From NCBI GenBank assembly GCA_963827235.1, contig CAWHAE010000008.1, positions 288,001 through 352,000 of the forward strand: 64,000 bases of DNA, given 5' to 3'. The notes below the pieces were generated by a model. The model searched no databases, was not told the origin of the DNA, and saw only the letters and a program-made list of their open reading frames with translations. Below are positions 21,342 to 31,556 of the stretch, one piece after another. The position numbers were made by a program, and so were the translations under genes. Each line of letters begins with the position of its first letter. Positions within the stretch are counted from its first letter, which is position 1. Source of the DNA: an uncultured bacterium. Its GTDB lineage: Bacteria; Chloroflexota; UBA5177; JANWHV01.

Positions 21342-22127
21342 TTGCCGAGGTGTTCTGTGTGTACTCTCGCCCCAGCGGCAGTCCCGACGGTAGGTTTCGT
21401 TGGGCGCGACCAGCTGATACTTCAGTCCCAGTCTCTTGTTCGGCGGGCCGTTGGTCGCTACATGACCAGGTCCGGCAGCATTATGGATGCCGAGGACATA
21501 TTTAGCTGCGGCACCATGGGCCTGATCGACGCGGTGGATCGCTTCGATCATAGCAGAGGCGTCCGCTTCGAGACCTACGCCGTGACCCGAATTCGCGGCT
21601 ATCTCGTGGACCAGATGCGCGCGGTCGACTGGCTGCCTCGTTCGGCACGTACCAACGTGCGGCTGGTACACAGGGCATCGACACAGCTCGAGGAAAGCCT
21701 GGGGCGGAAACCAGAGGTATCCGAGCTAGCTACAGAGACCGGCCTGCCGGATTCCACGTGCACCCAAGCGCTCATCGACGGCTCGTGCCGAGTTCTCTCT
21801 CTCGAGGAGATGGCTCCTGAGTCCGACGGAGCGTCCCGTCCAATGTCCGTGCAAATCGAGGACGACAGCGTGCCAAATCCCGCGGCGGCGGTTGAGCGGC
21901 ACGAGCTGCGCGGCGGCGTAGCGAGTGCGCTTCGATCTCTGCCGGCCCGAGAGCGCACGGTCGTCCGGCTCAAGTATCTCAACGACTGGACTTGCCGGCA
22001 GATCGCCGCGCACCTGGGCGTGTCTGAATCGCGCGTAAGCCAGCTTCACAACCAAGGCCTTGCGCGCATGCGGCGATCGCTGATCGCGGACTTCGGAGAC
22101 CTGTCCAGCGAGCTGCACATCGCCTGA
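21342..22127 (+). CDS. Sigma-70 group 3, FliA/WhiG-type RNA polymerase sigma factor
   Basis: GLIDAVDRFD, FETYAVTRIRG, RAVDWLPRSAR, LPARER, IAAHLGVSESRVSQLH; start uncertain. Confidence 0.88.
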   Translation: MPRCSVCTLAPAAVPTVGFVGRDQLILQSQSLVRRAVGRYMTRSGSIMDAEDIFSCGTMGLIDAVDRFDHSRGVRFETYAVTRIRGYLVDQMRAVDWLPRSARTNVRLVHRASTQLEESLGRKPEVSELATETGLPDSTCTQALIDGSCRVLSLEEMAPESDGASRPMSVQIEDDSVPNPAAAVERHELRGGVASALRSLPARERTVVRLKYLNDWTCRQIAAHLGVSESRVSQLHNQGLARMRRSLIADFGDLSSELHIA

Positions 22128-22144
22128 TAGGGAAATCGAGCTCC

Positions 22145-23191
22145 CTAGTCGCCGGCGCCGAATAGCATGGGCTGGATAGCAGGGGGCTCGCGCCTGGGCG
22201 GTTGCAGGCCGAGATGTTCGTACGCTAGGTCAGTGGCGAGACGTCCTCGCGGCGTACGGCTAATGAAGCCGAGCTGCAGTAAATACGGCTCGTACACATC
22301 CTCGATGGTATCTGACTCCTCGCTGGTGGCCGCGGCAAGTGTATCAAGGCCCACCGGCCCACCACCGAACTTGTGCACGATGGTATCGAGCAAGCGGCGG
22401 TCGGTTGCGTCCAGACCCAGATTGTCGACCTCCAGCATGCCGAGCGCCTGGTGGGCCACTTCTCGCGACACGCGGCCGCCGGCCCGGATCTGCGCGTAGT
22501 CTCTCACGCGCTTGAGCAGCCGGTTGGCCACCCGCGGCGTGCCGCGACTTCTGCGTGCGATTTCATCGGCCCCGCCGTCGTCGATTGGCACCTTGAGGAT
22601 CTGGGCCGTCCGCCTGACGATCTCCTCGATCGCCTGTTTGTCGTAAAACTCCAGGTGGCAGTGCACGCCGAAGCGATCGCGCAAAGGGCTGCTGATCAGG
22701 CCGAGGCGCGTAGTGGCCCCGACCAGGGTGAAACGCTTGAGTCCCAGCCGCATCGTGCGCGCGCTGGGTCCTTTGCCGATGATGAAATCGACGGCGAAGT
22801 CCTCCATCGCCGGGTACAGCGTTTCCTCGATGACGCGATTCAGGCGGTGAATCTCGTCGACGAACAGGATGTCGCCTTCGTCGAGATTCGTGAGGATGGC
22901 GACGACGTCTCCCGGCCGCTCAAATGCGGGTCCGGAGGTGATGCGCCGGTTGACGCCCATCTCGTTGGCCATGATCCCGGCCAGGGTCGTCTTCCCGAGG
23001 CCGGGTGGTCCGTAGAGCAGGATGTGGTCGAGAGGCTCCTTGCGCGCTCGCGCGGCCTCGATCAGCAGGTGGAGATTGGCCTTGACCTTATCCTGGCCAA
23101 TGTACTCCGAAAGCCTGGAAGGTCGAAGGCTGAGCTCGGCAGCAGCCTCCTCCGGTTGCTGGTACGGCGTGAGTAATCGCTGCTCTTCCAT
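22145..23191 (-). CDS. ruvB: Holliday junction branch migration ATPase
   Basis: [57 protein letters not shown]. Confidence 0.97.
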   Translation of the reverse strand: MEEQRLLTPYQQPEEAAAELSLRPSRLSEYIGQDKVKANLHLLIEAARARKEPLDHILLYGPPGLGKTTLAGIMANEMGVNRRITSGPAFERPGDVVAILTNLDEGDILFVDEIHRLNRVIEETLYPAMEDFAVDFIIGKGPSARTMRLGLKRFTLVGATTRLGLISSPLRDRFGVHCHLEFYDKQAIEEIVRRTAQILKVPIDDGGADEIARRSRGTPRVANRLLKRVRDYAQIRAGGRVSREVAHQALGMLEVDNLGLDATDRRLLDTIVHKFGGGPVGLDTLAAATSEESDTIEDVYEPYLLQLGFISRTPRGRLATDLAYEHLGLQPPRREPPAIQPMLFGAGD

Positions 23192-23263
23192 CACCCTCTC
23201 GACACGGTCCTAGCCTTCGGCCGGCTCAAGCGACGTCGCGCTGGACGTCCGGCTGTTGCCGGG

Positions 23264-23635
23264 CTAAGAGGACCGGCGCGTTTGAAAATACCGGAAACCG
23301 ATGTATGCCAGCACGAGGAGCACCAGGACCGGCACCGCCGTGACGATGAAGCTGGCAACGGCGTCTACGAGCATCTTGATCGCGAATATCGCGATGATCA
23401 CAGCCACCGCGCCAACAATCAGGCGGTTCTGCAGCGTGCTTGGCAGTATGCCGGCCAGGACTTCATGTGGCGCCGGCTTTGATTGATCTCGGCGCGGCCG
23501 ATCGATGAGCTGGCGCGATGGTCCATGAACCTTGGCAGTGGGCAGGAGCGGAACGTCCGGCAGGGATGCGCCGCACTCATGGCAATAGCGCTGGTCGGGC
23601 TTCTGAATCTCAGCTCCGCACGTAGCACAGTTCAT
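23264..23635 (-). CDS. Zinc-ribbon membrane protein
   Basis: MNCATCG...YCHECG followed by two hydrophobic helices. Confidence 0.75.
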   Translation of the reverse strand: MNCATCGAEIQKPDQRYCHECGASLPDVPLLPTAKVHGPSRQLIDRPRRDQSKPAPHEVLAGILPSTLQNRLIVGAVAVIIAIFAIKMLVDAVASFIVTAVPVLVLLVLAYIGFRYFQTRRSS

Positions 23636-23650
23636 GGATCTGCTCCGCCG

Positions 23651-24154
23651 CTAAGCTCTGGATTCCGGGTCGCGCACCCGCTCGAATCCTCGCGCGAGCA
23701 GATCGTAGCAGCTCTCCAGCGACTGGGGCATGACCCGCGTCTCACCGATCACCGGCATGAAGTTTGTGTCGCCGATCCAGCGGGGTACCACGTGCAGATG
23801 CACGTGATCGACGATACCCGCGCCAGCCGAAGCACCCTGGTTGATGCCGATGTTGAACCCTTCAGGTCCCATGGCCTCGCGGATGACCCGCACCGACCGC
23901 TGAGCAAGCACCATGATCTCGTGCGCCGCCTCAAGTGGAAGGAGCTCGATGGTAGGCAGGTGTTCGTAGGGCACGACCATCAGGTGCCCGTTGTTGTAGG
24001 GATATATGTTGAGCACCACATAGCAATGCGCGCCGCGACAGAGGATGAAATTCTCAGTATCGCGGTTCTCGGCCGGCTTGGTGCAGAACACGCACGCTTC
24101 TGGCTTTTCCGACATGATGTAGCCAATACGCCACGGCGCCCAGAGAGTCTCCAT
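23651..24154 (-). CDS. HIT family hydrolase (Ap4A phosphorylase-like)
   Basis: METLWAPWRIGYI, CVFC, LNIYPYNNGHLMVVP, GFNIGINQG, HVHLHVVPRW. Confidence 0.92.
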   Translation of the reverse strand: METLWAPWRIGYIMSEKPEACVFCTKPAENRDTENFILCRGAHCYVVLNIYPYNNGHLMVVPYEHLPTIELLPLEAAHEIMVLAQRSVRVIREAMGPEGFNIGINQGASAGAGIVDHVHLHVVPRWIGDTNFMPVIGETRVMPQSLESCYDLLARGFERVRDPESRA

Positions 24155-24295
24155 CGTTCCCAGATGATACCACGCGCCGGCCTTTTCGTCGGACTGTGGG
24201 CCGCGCTCCGTTCGTCCCACCCAAAATAGGCTAGCCTGCTGCCATTGCGCCACTTTGACACGTTTGCTAGCATGGGCACAGTCCAGGAGGAAATA

Positions 24296-24985
24296 ATGAA
24301 TGCTGCCGTTGCCGCGGAGTCCATCCCACTGCTGATCGTCGACGATCATCCGGTCGTGCGTCACGGTCTGCAGGCTATCCTGCAGACGGACCCGACGCTC
24401 GCCGTGGTCGGCGAGGCCGAGGACGGTCAAGACGCACTGGAGAAAGTGGCGCAGCTCCACCCGCGCGTCGTGCTGATGGACGTGCATATGCCCAAAATGG
24501 ACGGGCTAGCCGCCACGCGCCGGATCAAGGAGCGCTTCCCACGGGTCGCCGTGGTGATTCTGACCCTCTATAACAACGAGCAGTACGTCGTGGAAGCCGT
24601 CAAGGCCGGTGCGGCGGGTTACCTCCTGAAGACGTCGACGCGCGACGAGATCAGCAGCACCATTCACGAGGTAAATTCAGGCGGCATGCTCATCCGGAGC
24701 TCGACACTGCACAAGGCGCTAGCCGGCACCGTGGAATCGGGAGAGGGCGTCGGCTACACCATGCGAACCTGGGGCGAAGCAGGAGAGATCGAGAGACTGA
24801 GCCCGCGGGAGCTGGACGTGCTGCGCCTCGTGGTGGAGGGCATGACGAACAAGGATATTGGCGCCACGCTGTACATCACCGAAGACACGGCGAAGAAGCA
24901 TGTGCAGAATATCATCGCCAAGCTCCAGGTCTCCGATCGCACGCAGGCAGCTGTGAAGGCGCTGAGGCTGGGTCTGGTCAAGTAG
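24296..24985 (+). CDS. NarL/LuxR family response regulator (no adjacent kinase)
   Basis: IVDDHPVVR, VLMDVHMPKMDG, GYLLK, LSPRELDVL...GMTNKDI...KLQVSDRTQA; RBS AGGAGG. Confidence 0.93.
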   Translation: MNAAVAAESIPLLIVDDHPVVRHGLQAILQTDPTLAVVGEAEDGQDALEKVAQLHPRVVLMDVHMPKMDGLAATRRIKERFPRVAVVILTLYNNEQYVVEAVKAGAAGYLLKTSTRDEISSTIHEVNSGGMLIRSSTLHKALAGTVESGEGVGYTMRTWGEAGEIERLSPRELDVLRLVVEGMTNKDIGATLYITEDTAKKHVQNIIAKLQVSDRTQAAVKALRLGLVK

Positions 24986-25106
24986 TCTCCGGCGGTACGA
25001 CCCTCCAGCCGGAAACATACCGTCCGGAGGCGGCACGGAGAGCTCGTGTCTGCGTCGAAACGTCCGCTTGGCCCGGCAGCGACGGTAGGCGAGCATCACC
25101 GCTCGG

Positions 25107-26480
25107 TCAGGCACTCGAGTCCGTCCAGAGGCCGTCCGCACCGGCACGCCCCAGGAAACACGGCTCGAGCGTGTTCTGCAGGTTTCTGTGTGAGTGCGTG
25201 TAGACGTTGAGATAGTTGCTTGTAAGGCCGTGCCATACCGCACCCTCCTGCCGCTCCCACAGTACGGCCTGAACAGAGCCGGCGAAGCGGCGGTGGAAGC
25301 TTGCCTTGAGCTCGGCGGCGAGCAGGCGCACGCGTTCGCTGCGTGCCGCCTTGGCGCTCTCCGCCACGTGGTCGGGTAGGTGCGCAGCCGCGGTCCCAGG
25401 CCGCGAAGAATAGCGGAACACATGGATACCGGCGAAGCGCAGGCGTTCGAGCGTGGCGACGGTCTGCTCGAAATCGACCTCCGTCTCACCCGGAAAACCG
25501 ACCATCACATCCGTCGTCACAGCGAGCTCATCGATTGACTCCCGTGCCAGCGCTACGAGAGCCTCGTACTGCCGGACGTCGTACTGACGTCGCATGGACC
25601 GCAGGACGGTGTCGCAGCCGCTCTGCAGCGGCACGTGAACGTGACGGCAGAGCCGAGGATCGCCCCACAGACGTAGCCATGCTGGCTGCAGATCCTGCGG
25701 CTCGATGCTGCTGACGCGGATGCGTAGTCGAGACGTACCGGCCAGCAGGGCGGACAGCAGCGAGGCGAGGTTCGGCGCACCGGGCAGGTCGCGTCCATAG
25801 CTGCCAAGCAGTATCCCCGTGAGTACGATCTCGCGGTAGCCGTGCGCTTCTAGGGCCTGCGCGGCAGTGACCGCCTCGGCCAACGGCACGCTGCGGGGGC
25901 CGCCTCGGGCCCGCGGTATGATGCAGAAGCTGCAACCGGCGTTGCACCCGTCCTGGACTTTTAGTGTGGCACGCGTGCGCTGACGGTCCGCTCCCACGGC
26001 GACGGGCAGCAGAGTGGCCGGCAGGCCTGCGCGTCCGAGCCGCGGCTCTCGAGCGGTCTTTGTCATCGAACCGACCGTGCAGCTTCGCCGCAGGGCGAGC
26101 TCCTCTTCGACAAGCTCGACGAGCTGATCCTTGTCGCGATTAGGGATGACGACGAGGTTTCCGGGCAGCAGGTTGCCGAGCTGACGGTTGGCGACGGACA
26201 CGTAGCAGCCGGTCGCTGCCACCAAGGCCAGCGGGTTGGCGCGACCGGCCTGACGGATCTCCTGTCGTGATTTTCGATCGGCTACGGCAGTGACCGTACA
26301 GGTGTTGACCACGTAGACGTCCGCTTCGTCCTCAAACGGCACGATCTGGTAGCCGCGGTCCAGGAAACTCGACATAAAGCTCTCGGTCTCGCTCGAGTTC
26401 ACCTTGCAGCCCAGGGTGGAGAAGGCGACTCGAGGAGCATCATCGGGCGACATCGCAGCCGGGGTGTCAGCCACAGGCAT
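25107..26480 (-). CDS. mtaB: tRNA methylthiotransferase, MtaB type
   Basis: TLGCKVN, NTCTVT, TGCY, KVQDGCNAGCSFCIIP, LQSG, DVMVGFPGET, HVFRYSSRPGT. Confidence 0.88.
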   Translation of the reverse strand: MPVADTPAAMSPDDAPRVAFSTLGCKVNSSETESFMSSFLDRGYQIVPFEDEADVYVVNTCTVTAVADRKSRQEIRQAGRANPLALVAATGCYVSVANRQLGNLLPGNLVVIPNRDKDQLVELVEEELALRRSCTVGSMTKTAREPRLGRAGLPATLLPVAVGADRQRTRATLKVQDGCNAGCSFCIIPRARGGPRSVPLAEAVTAAQALEAHGYREIVLTGILLGSYGRDLPGAPNLASLLSALLAGTSRLRIRVSSIEPQDLQPAWLRLWGDPRLCRHVHVPLQSGCDTVLRSMRRQYDVRQYEALVALARESIDELAVTTDVMVGFPGETEVDFEQTVATLERLRFAGIHVFRYSSRPGTAAAHLPDHVAESAKAARSERVRLLAAELKASFHRRFAGSVQAVLWERQEGAVWHGLTSNYLNVYTHSHRNLQNTLEPCFLGRAGADGLWTDSSA

Positions 26481-26819
26481 CACCTCTCATGCCAGGCCGC
26501 GGTCTGCCTGCTGAGCCAGGTTGCCGGCCGGTCCGCGGGCCGCGCGGGACAGTCTAGCAAATGTGATTGTCGGCATAGGAAGCATGATAGCGATAATGAC
26601 GGCAGCAGACGTACCTGGGCCTGGCGATTACCGGGCGCATGCCATACTCTGGCGCCGCCCAACTGTGCGGGCGGGAGCGGCAGCTCTGCCTGAGCCTGCC
26701 GGCTCCAGGTGGCCACAGACGGCCCTCGCTCGCGGCCAGGCCGGTATCGGCGTAGACGAGCCTCCGGTATCCGTCGATGCGATTCGAGACTCTCGGGCCA
26801 AGCGCGGGCTCGCGGCGAC

Positions 26820-27905
26820 CTACGCCGGGTAGCAGCTGGCCAACCAGTTGTTGCCGCCCTGATCGACGAATGTGCCCTGGCACGTGGCGTGTAATGTCAC
26901 GTTGTGCACGAAGGTGGTAGGCACGGCGGGAGCCACCAGGTCGATGTGGTTGTTCACCCGGGGCGAAGGCGGCGGGATCTGCAGCGTGTAGGGACGGGCA
27001 TCGCCGAGCAACAGGCTATCGAGGTGCATGGTGCCGTCATTCTCCACCTGCATCGTGCCGTAGGTACTGACGTTGTCCCCTATCTGGCCGCCCGTAAAGC
27101 TCGCCGTTCCGCTGCTCTCGATACCCCCGATAGCCATATCAGCGACGTTGCCGAGGACCACGACGCTGCGTGCCACCAGGATGCCCGCGTTGACGATACC
27201 GGCTTCCTGGATCGCTTCGTTGTCGTTCACCTGACTACCAACGATTTGTAAGTTGCCCAAGTTGCTGATGCCGCCGCCTCGATCCAGGCCACCGTCCAGG
27301 TAGGGGGTCGTGTTGTGGTTCACAGCGCTGCTGTCCACGGTCAGAGTGGCACCGGCCAGGTTGTCGATGCCGCCTCCGTCGTCCGCGCTATTACGCTCTA
27401 CCTGGCTATTGTGCAGCAGCATGGAGCCGGCGTTGAGGATACCGCCGCCCTGAACGGCTGTGTTGGCCAGCACCTGGCACCTGTGCACGTATATCGTGCC
27501 ATGGTTGTCGATGCCGCCGCCCTGACCGGGTATCGACGCGTGGCCGCCGGTGATCGTCAAGGAGTAGATTTGCGCTGTGACGCCGGGCTCGACGCGAAAG
27601 ACACTTGAGTGCCCGGCTGCGTCGATGGTCATCGCCTGCGGGCCCGCTCCCGGCCCCATGATCGCCACGCTGCGGCTGAGGTCGAGCACGCCCTGGGTGA
27701 GCGTGATGGTCGTTCCATCGAGATGGAGAGAGAACTCAACGCTGTCTCCGGCGGCAGCATGAGTCAGGATGGCGCGCAGCGTACCCGCGCCGCCGTCGTC
27801 GGCTGAGCTGGTGACCAACCACGTGTGCGGTGCGTTCGCCGCACGAGCGTGCGAAAGAGGCAGTAAACAAATCAGGGCAGCGATGAGCAACGCGACGCGG
27901 TTCAC
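26820..27905 (-). CDS. Secreted right-handed beta-helix (Pmp/CSLREA-like) repeat protein
   Basis: Signal peptide, VTSSADDGGAGTLRA, repeated GGGI(D/L/S)N units with NxA spacing. Confidence 0.75.
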   Translation of the reverse strand: MNRVALLIAALICLLPLSHARAANAPHTWLVTSSADDGGAGTLRAILTHAAAGDSVEFSLHLDGTTITLTQGVLDLSRSVAIMGPGAGPQAMTIDAAGHSSVFRVEPGVTAQIYSLTITGGHASIPGQGGGIDNHGTIYVHRCQVLANTAVQGGGILNAGSMLLHNSQVERNSADDGGGIDNLAGATLTVDSSAVNHNTTPYLDGGLDRGGGISNLGNLQIVGSQVNDNEAIQEAGIVNAGILVARSVVVLGNVADMAIGGIESSGTASFTGGQIGDNVSTYGTMQVENDGTMHLDSLLLGDARPYTLQIPPPSPRVNNHIDLVAPAVPTTFVHNVTLHATCQGTFVDQGGNNWLASCYPA

Positions 27906-28515
27906 GGTTCCCCCACCTTCTGTACTTGACTTATCTCAGTCTACACGCCGCCGGTGACAAAGATAGGCCCATTAGTATATACGCCTTATAGGTGCGTATT
28001 GCACGCTATCTGTTGGCTGAGCTTGCCCGAATTCGAAGAACTGGTGCTGGCTTCCGGCGACGCCGGGACGGCATCCATCCTCGTTGCCTACCGGGCATGC
28101 TAGGCAAGGCGTGCTCCGCGAAACGCCACTGCACGCTTGCCTCCCGGAATGGTGCGGGCGGCCCGACCTCTCGGCAGCCTCCGCCGCCAGCGGTGCCGCG
28201 ATGCGCGTCACGGTCACTTGGGAGCCGGGACAGCCGGCGCCTCTCTAGGATGAGAGCGGCATCGGTGTGGCCGGTAGGATGCTTTCGATTCTCGCAGCGC
28301 ACCATTCGCGGCGCGCCATGACGGCGGTAGCGCGGCGCCGGGGGTCGTCATCTCGACGCGATCGCTCAGGAAGCGCTGCGGTCTTTGCGGCTCGTGGATG
28401 CCAAGAATCAGTACTGATAGCCCGGCGCGTTGCTGCTATCATACCGGCGGCAGCATGGGTGCTCGACGGCTAGTTGGGCTCACACTACGCCAAGCTGCCA
28501 TCGGGGGAATGTTAG

Positions 28516-29523
28516 TTGGGCGAGAAAGCGCTGATAATCGGAGTAAGCTCGCAGGACGGCTCGTATCTCGCCGATCTCCTGCTGACCAAGGGGTACGAAG
28601 TGGTCGGCACCATCCGGCATACTACGAGCTACGTCAAAGAGAACATCCAGCATCTTGCGGGACGTATCGCCATCGAAGCCGCTGACCTGCTGGACGCCGA
28701 GAGCGTCGTGCACGTGGTCAAGAAGCATTGTCCCAGCGAGATCTACAATATCGCGGCACAGTCCATTCCCGCGGACAGCTGGACCCACCCCTACTACACG
28801 GGCGAGATCACCGGCTTGGGCGTGGTGCGCGTCATGGAGGCCGTGAGGCATCACGCCCCGCGGGCAAAGGTCTACCAGGCTACCAGCCGCGAGATCTTCG
28901 GCCACATCGAAGACGGCACTGCGAACGAGTCGACGCTTATCGACGCGAACAACCCCTATGGCATTGCCAAGGCGTATGCGCATATGATGGCCCGCTGCTA
29001 TCGCGAGTCGTATGGTCTCTTCTCCTGCTCCGGCATCTGTTTCAACCACGAGAGCCCCCGGAGGAGCCTGCACTTCGTGACCAGGAAGATCACCGCGGCA
29101 GTGGCCTGCATCGTGCATGGCATCGACAACCCTCCGCTGGACGAGCTGGGGCGCCCGCTGATCGGTGGCGACAGGAAACTGCACCTGGGTTGGCTCGATT
29201 CGCCTCGCGACTGGGGTTACGCGAAGGAATATGTCGAGGCGATGTGGCTCATGCTGCAACGGGAATCGCCGAAGGACTACGTCATCGCTACCAATGTCAC
29301 GCACACGGTACGCGACGTCTGCCGAGCGGCATTTGGCCACGTTGGGCTCGACTGGGAGGACTATGTGATCAGCGATCCGGCCCTGCTGAGGCCGACGGAG
29401 ATCACCTGCCTGCAAGGTGATTATTCCCTGGCGAAAGCCGAGCTTGGGTGGGAGCCGCGGACGACGTTCGATGAGCTCATCGAGCTCATGGTCGACGCCG
29501 ACTTGCAGCGCTTCAAGCAGTAA
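28516..29523 (+). CDS. gmd: GDP-mannose 4,6-dehydratase-like extended SDR (divergent)
   Basis: ALIIGVSSQDGSYLA, YNIAAQS, YGIAK, GICFNHESPRR, FVTRKIT, RDWGYAKEYVEAMWLMLQ, RPTE, LGWEP. Confidence 0.8.
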   Translation: MGEKALIIGVSSQDGSYLADLLLTKGYEVVGTIRHTTSYVKENIQHLAGRIAIEAADLLDAESVVHVVKKHCPSEIYNIAAQSIPADSWTHPYYTGEITGLGVVRVMEAVRHHAPRAKVYQATSREIFGHIEDGTANESTLIDANNPYGIAKAYAHMMARCYRESYGLFSCSGICFNHESPRRSLHFVTRKITAAVACIVHGIDNPPLDELGRPLIGGDRKLHLGWLDSPRDWGYAKEYVEAMWLMLQRESPKDYVIATNVTHTVRDVCRAAFGHVGLDWEDYVISDPALLRPTEITCLQGDYSLAKAELGWEPRTTFDELIELMVDADLQRFKQ

Positions 29524-29777
29524 TGCTAGTGACCAAGTCGTGTCGCCTCGAGCATGCCTTGCCATCCCGGGCCGTTCGCGCTGGACACCACTCCCGCGAT
29601 GGGGAAGCCAGGCTGCAGATGCTGGTCGGTGAAGCCGTGGCGATGCGCCCAGAGCCGCCAGAGGCGATGTCCTCGTCGAGCGCGCGCTCGATCAGACGCG
29701 CTGCGGGCGACGGCCGTTCACGCGGGACGACGCAGCCAATCGGCGACGAGTGGCCCCCGGGACAATGGTTGCACGGA

Positions 29778-30170
29778 CGCCTCGAATCTCACTTGACCGC
29801 CCAGCATGCATGCCGGCAGCTCCGACGCGACGCGCCGGCGCTCCACATGGTCGAGTGCGGCCTGGTCTGCACGACCGTGCATGGCACAGCGGTCGACCAT
29901 CGCAACATCCGGCGGCGCTTCACGCGTCTTTGTCGGCTCTCAGGCGTTCCGCGCGTTCGCATCTACGATCTCCGGCACACCGCCACCAGCCTGATGATCG
30001 ACGCCGGCGCGGATCTGAAAGCCGCGAGCGAGGCGCTTGGTCATACCGATCCGCGGATCACGATGAAGGTCTATCGTCATGTGCGCGGCGACCAGCGGGC
30101 CCAGGCCATTGCCCTTCTCTCCGATGCGATCACGCATGCCGATCCACCAACGGAGCTCGATCAGGATTGA
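29778..30170 (+). pseudogene. Tyrosine integrase C-terminal fragment
   Basis: GLVCTTVHGT...RNIRRRF...RIYDLRHTATSLMIDAG...EALGHTDPRITMKVYRHV; no N-terminal or core-binding domain and no first catalytic Arg box upstream. Confidence 0.85.
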
Positions 30171-30302
30171 CATCGCACAATCATCGCAAAAATGGTCCCG
30201 GCAGAGGGTTCGTTCCACCCCGTCCGGCGCCATGTTCCCCCTGAGATCGCGGTTCTGATGTGCCGATTCCGTCCCCCGGACCTTCTGAAGTCGTTTCAGA
30301 AG
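30171..30302. repeat. att-like unit 1 (arm-like repeat + degenerate tRNA-Ala 3' half)
   Basis: catcgcacaatcatcgcaaaaatgg at 30171; cgccatgtt 60 nt later; gattc...gaccttctgaa-gtcgt-ttcaga at 30265-30300, matching tRNA gaccttctgaa-tgcca-ttcaga. Confidence 0.8.
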
Positions 30303-30608
30303 ATAGTGTGCCTAACGCTCACATCGAGATCTCCGACACCTAGCATGCGGAAGGTGGTGGCAGGCAAAGCCCGTCGATGACAATCCAACGCCGGGCACCA
30401 TAATCTAGACAAGGTCCCGCGCGCACATGCCTGAGTCGAGGGCAAGCGCGCAAGTCGTACAATAGAGTCTGTAAAGTCGGTGCCGCGCGTCTGACTTTCC
30501 AACCTGGAACTCAGGCATGTCATCCCGGCGAGTTGCTGGGCCAGACGTTCACGCGAGTGCGCCGCGACAGTCTCGACTGATGGTGCGGCGGGTTGGGGGT
30601 CGGCTCGG

Positions 30609-31538
30609 ATGGAAGATTCTGGCGTTGTACATTCAATCGCGCGGATTTCGCCGAAGGTTCGACTTGGTCCTGCGGGCATCCACGTGTTCGACCGGAAAAC
30701 GGGGACCAATGTCCTTCTCGACGAGGTCCAGGTGCCTCCTGCGTCGTGGTCCATCACGCCTAGGCACGTTGGAATCGCGCTCACGAACGCGTGCGATCTC
30801 TCCTGCCCCTATTGCTTCGCGCCAAAGAAGCCTGCGGCACTGGACTTCGATCAGGTGGTCGGCTGGCTTGAGGAGTTGGATTCTGGTGGGAGCCTATCCG
30901 TTGGATTCGGCGGGGGTGAGCCAACTCTCTACCGCCGACTCGGAGAGCTATGTCACTACGCCGCCAGTCGCACTCAGCTTGCAGTCACGTTAACTACGCA
31001 CGGCCATCACCTGACTCCCAACCTTATTGGCGCACTAACCGGGGCCGTTCACTTTGTGCGCGTCAGTGTGGATGGGGTTGGGCTGACTTACGAGGCACTA
31101 CGCGGGCGCTCATTTTCGGCTCTGCGCAAGCGACTTGAAGCCGTCAGGTCGCTTGCGCCACTCGGGATCAACTTCGTCGTCAACCGCATCACGTTCGCCG
31201 ATCTCGATGCCGCAATCGAGCTTGCCGCAAATGCAGGCGCAGCACAGTTCCTTTTGCTCCCCGAACAGCCTGTTCGAGGGCGTGGTGGCATTGATGAGAA
31301 AACTCGTGAGGCGTTACAACGCTGGGTCCGCTACTATCATGGCTCAGTGCCATTAGCTGTGAGCGAAAGTGGCGCCGTCGGCTTGCCAAGCTGCAACCCG
31401 CTGGATGGCGAGAGCGGACTACGCGCGTATGCACACATCGACGCGTCGGGCGTCCTAAAAGCCTCCTCGTATGAGATCGACGGTGTGTCAATTGGGCAAG
31501 GGGGGCTCGTGCAGGCGCTCGACACACTGCGGGGGTAA
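30609..31538 (+). CDS. Radical SAM protein (no SPASM/twitch Cys cluster)
   Basis: ALTNACDLSCPYC (CxxxCxxC), GFGGGEPTLY, TLTTHG, RVSVDG; start uncertain. Confidence 0.9.
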   Translation: MEDSGVVHSIARISPKVRLGPAGIHVFDRKTGTNVLLDEVQVPPASWSITPRHVGIALTNACDLSCPYCFAPKKPAALDFDQVVGWLEELDSGGSLSVGFGGGEPTLYRRLGELCHYAASRTQLAVTLTTHGHHLTPNLIGALTGAVHFVRVSVDGVGLTYEALRGRSFSALRKRLEAVRSLAPLGINFVVNRITFADLDAAIELAANAGAAQFLLLPEQPVRGRGGIDEKTREALQRWVRYYHGSVPLAVSESGAVGLPSCNPLDGESGLRAYAHIDASGVLKASSYEIDGVSIGQGGLVQALDTLRG

Positions 31539-31556
31539 CGGATACGGGAGGCTAGA

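Noticed and set aside
26500-29780. A fourth att unit marking the far end of the island array
   Set aside because: No ctgaa-N5-ttcag dyad or CATCGCA arm motif found by eye, so the left boundary is unresolved.
30193-30216. tggtcccggcagagggttcg as the displaced tRNA 3' end
   Set aside because: The resemblance is superficial; spacing relative to the other two units places the real tRNA-derived segment at 30265-30300.
30609-31538. Calling the radical SAM protein a prokaryotic viperin or a RiPP maturase
   Set aside because: Only generic CxxxCxxC and GGEP motifs are visible. I cannot see viperin-specific residues, SPASM cysteines or a precursor peptide, so it is left unassigned.
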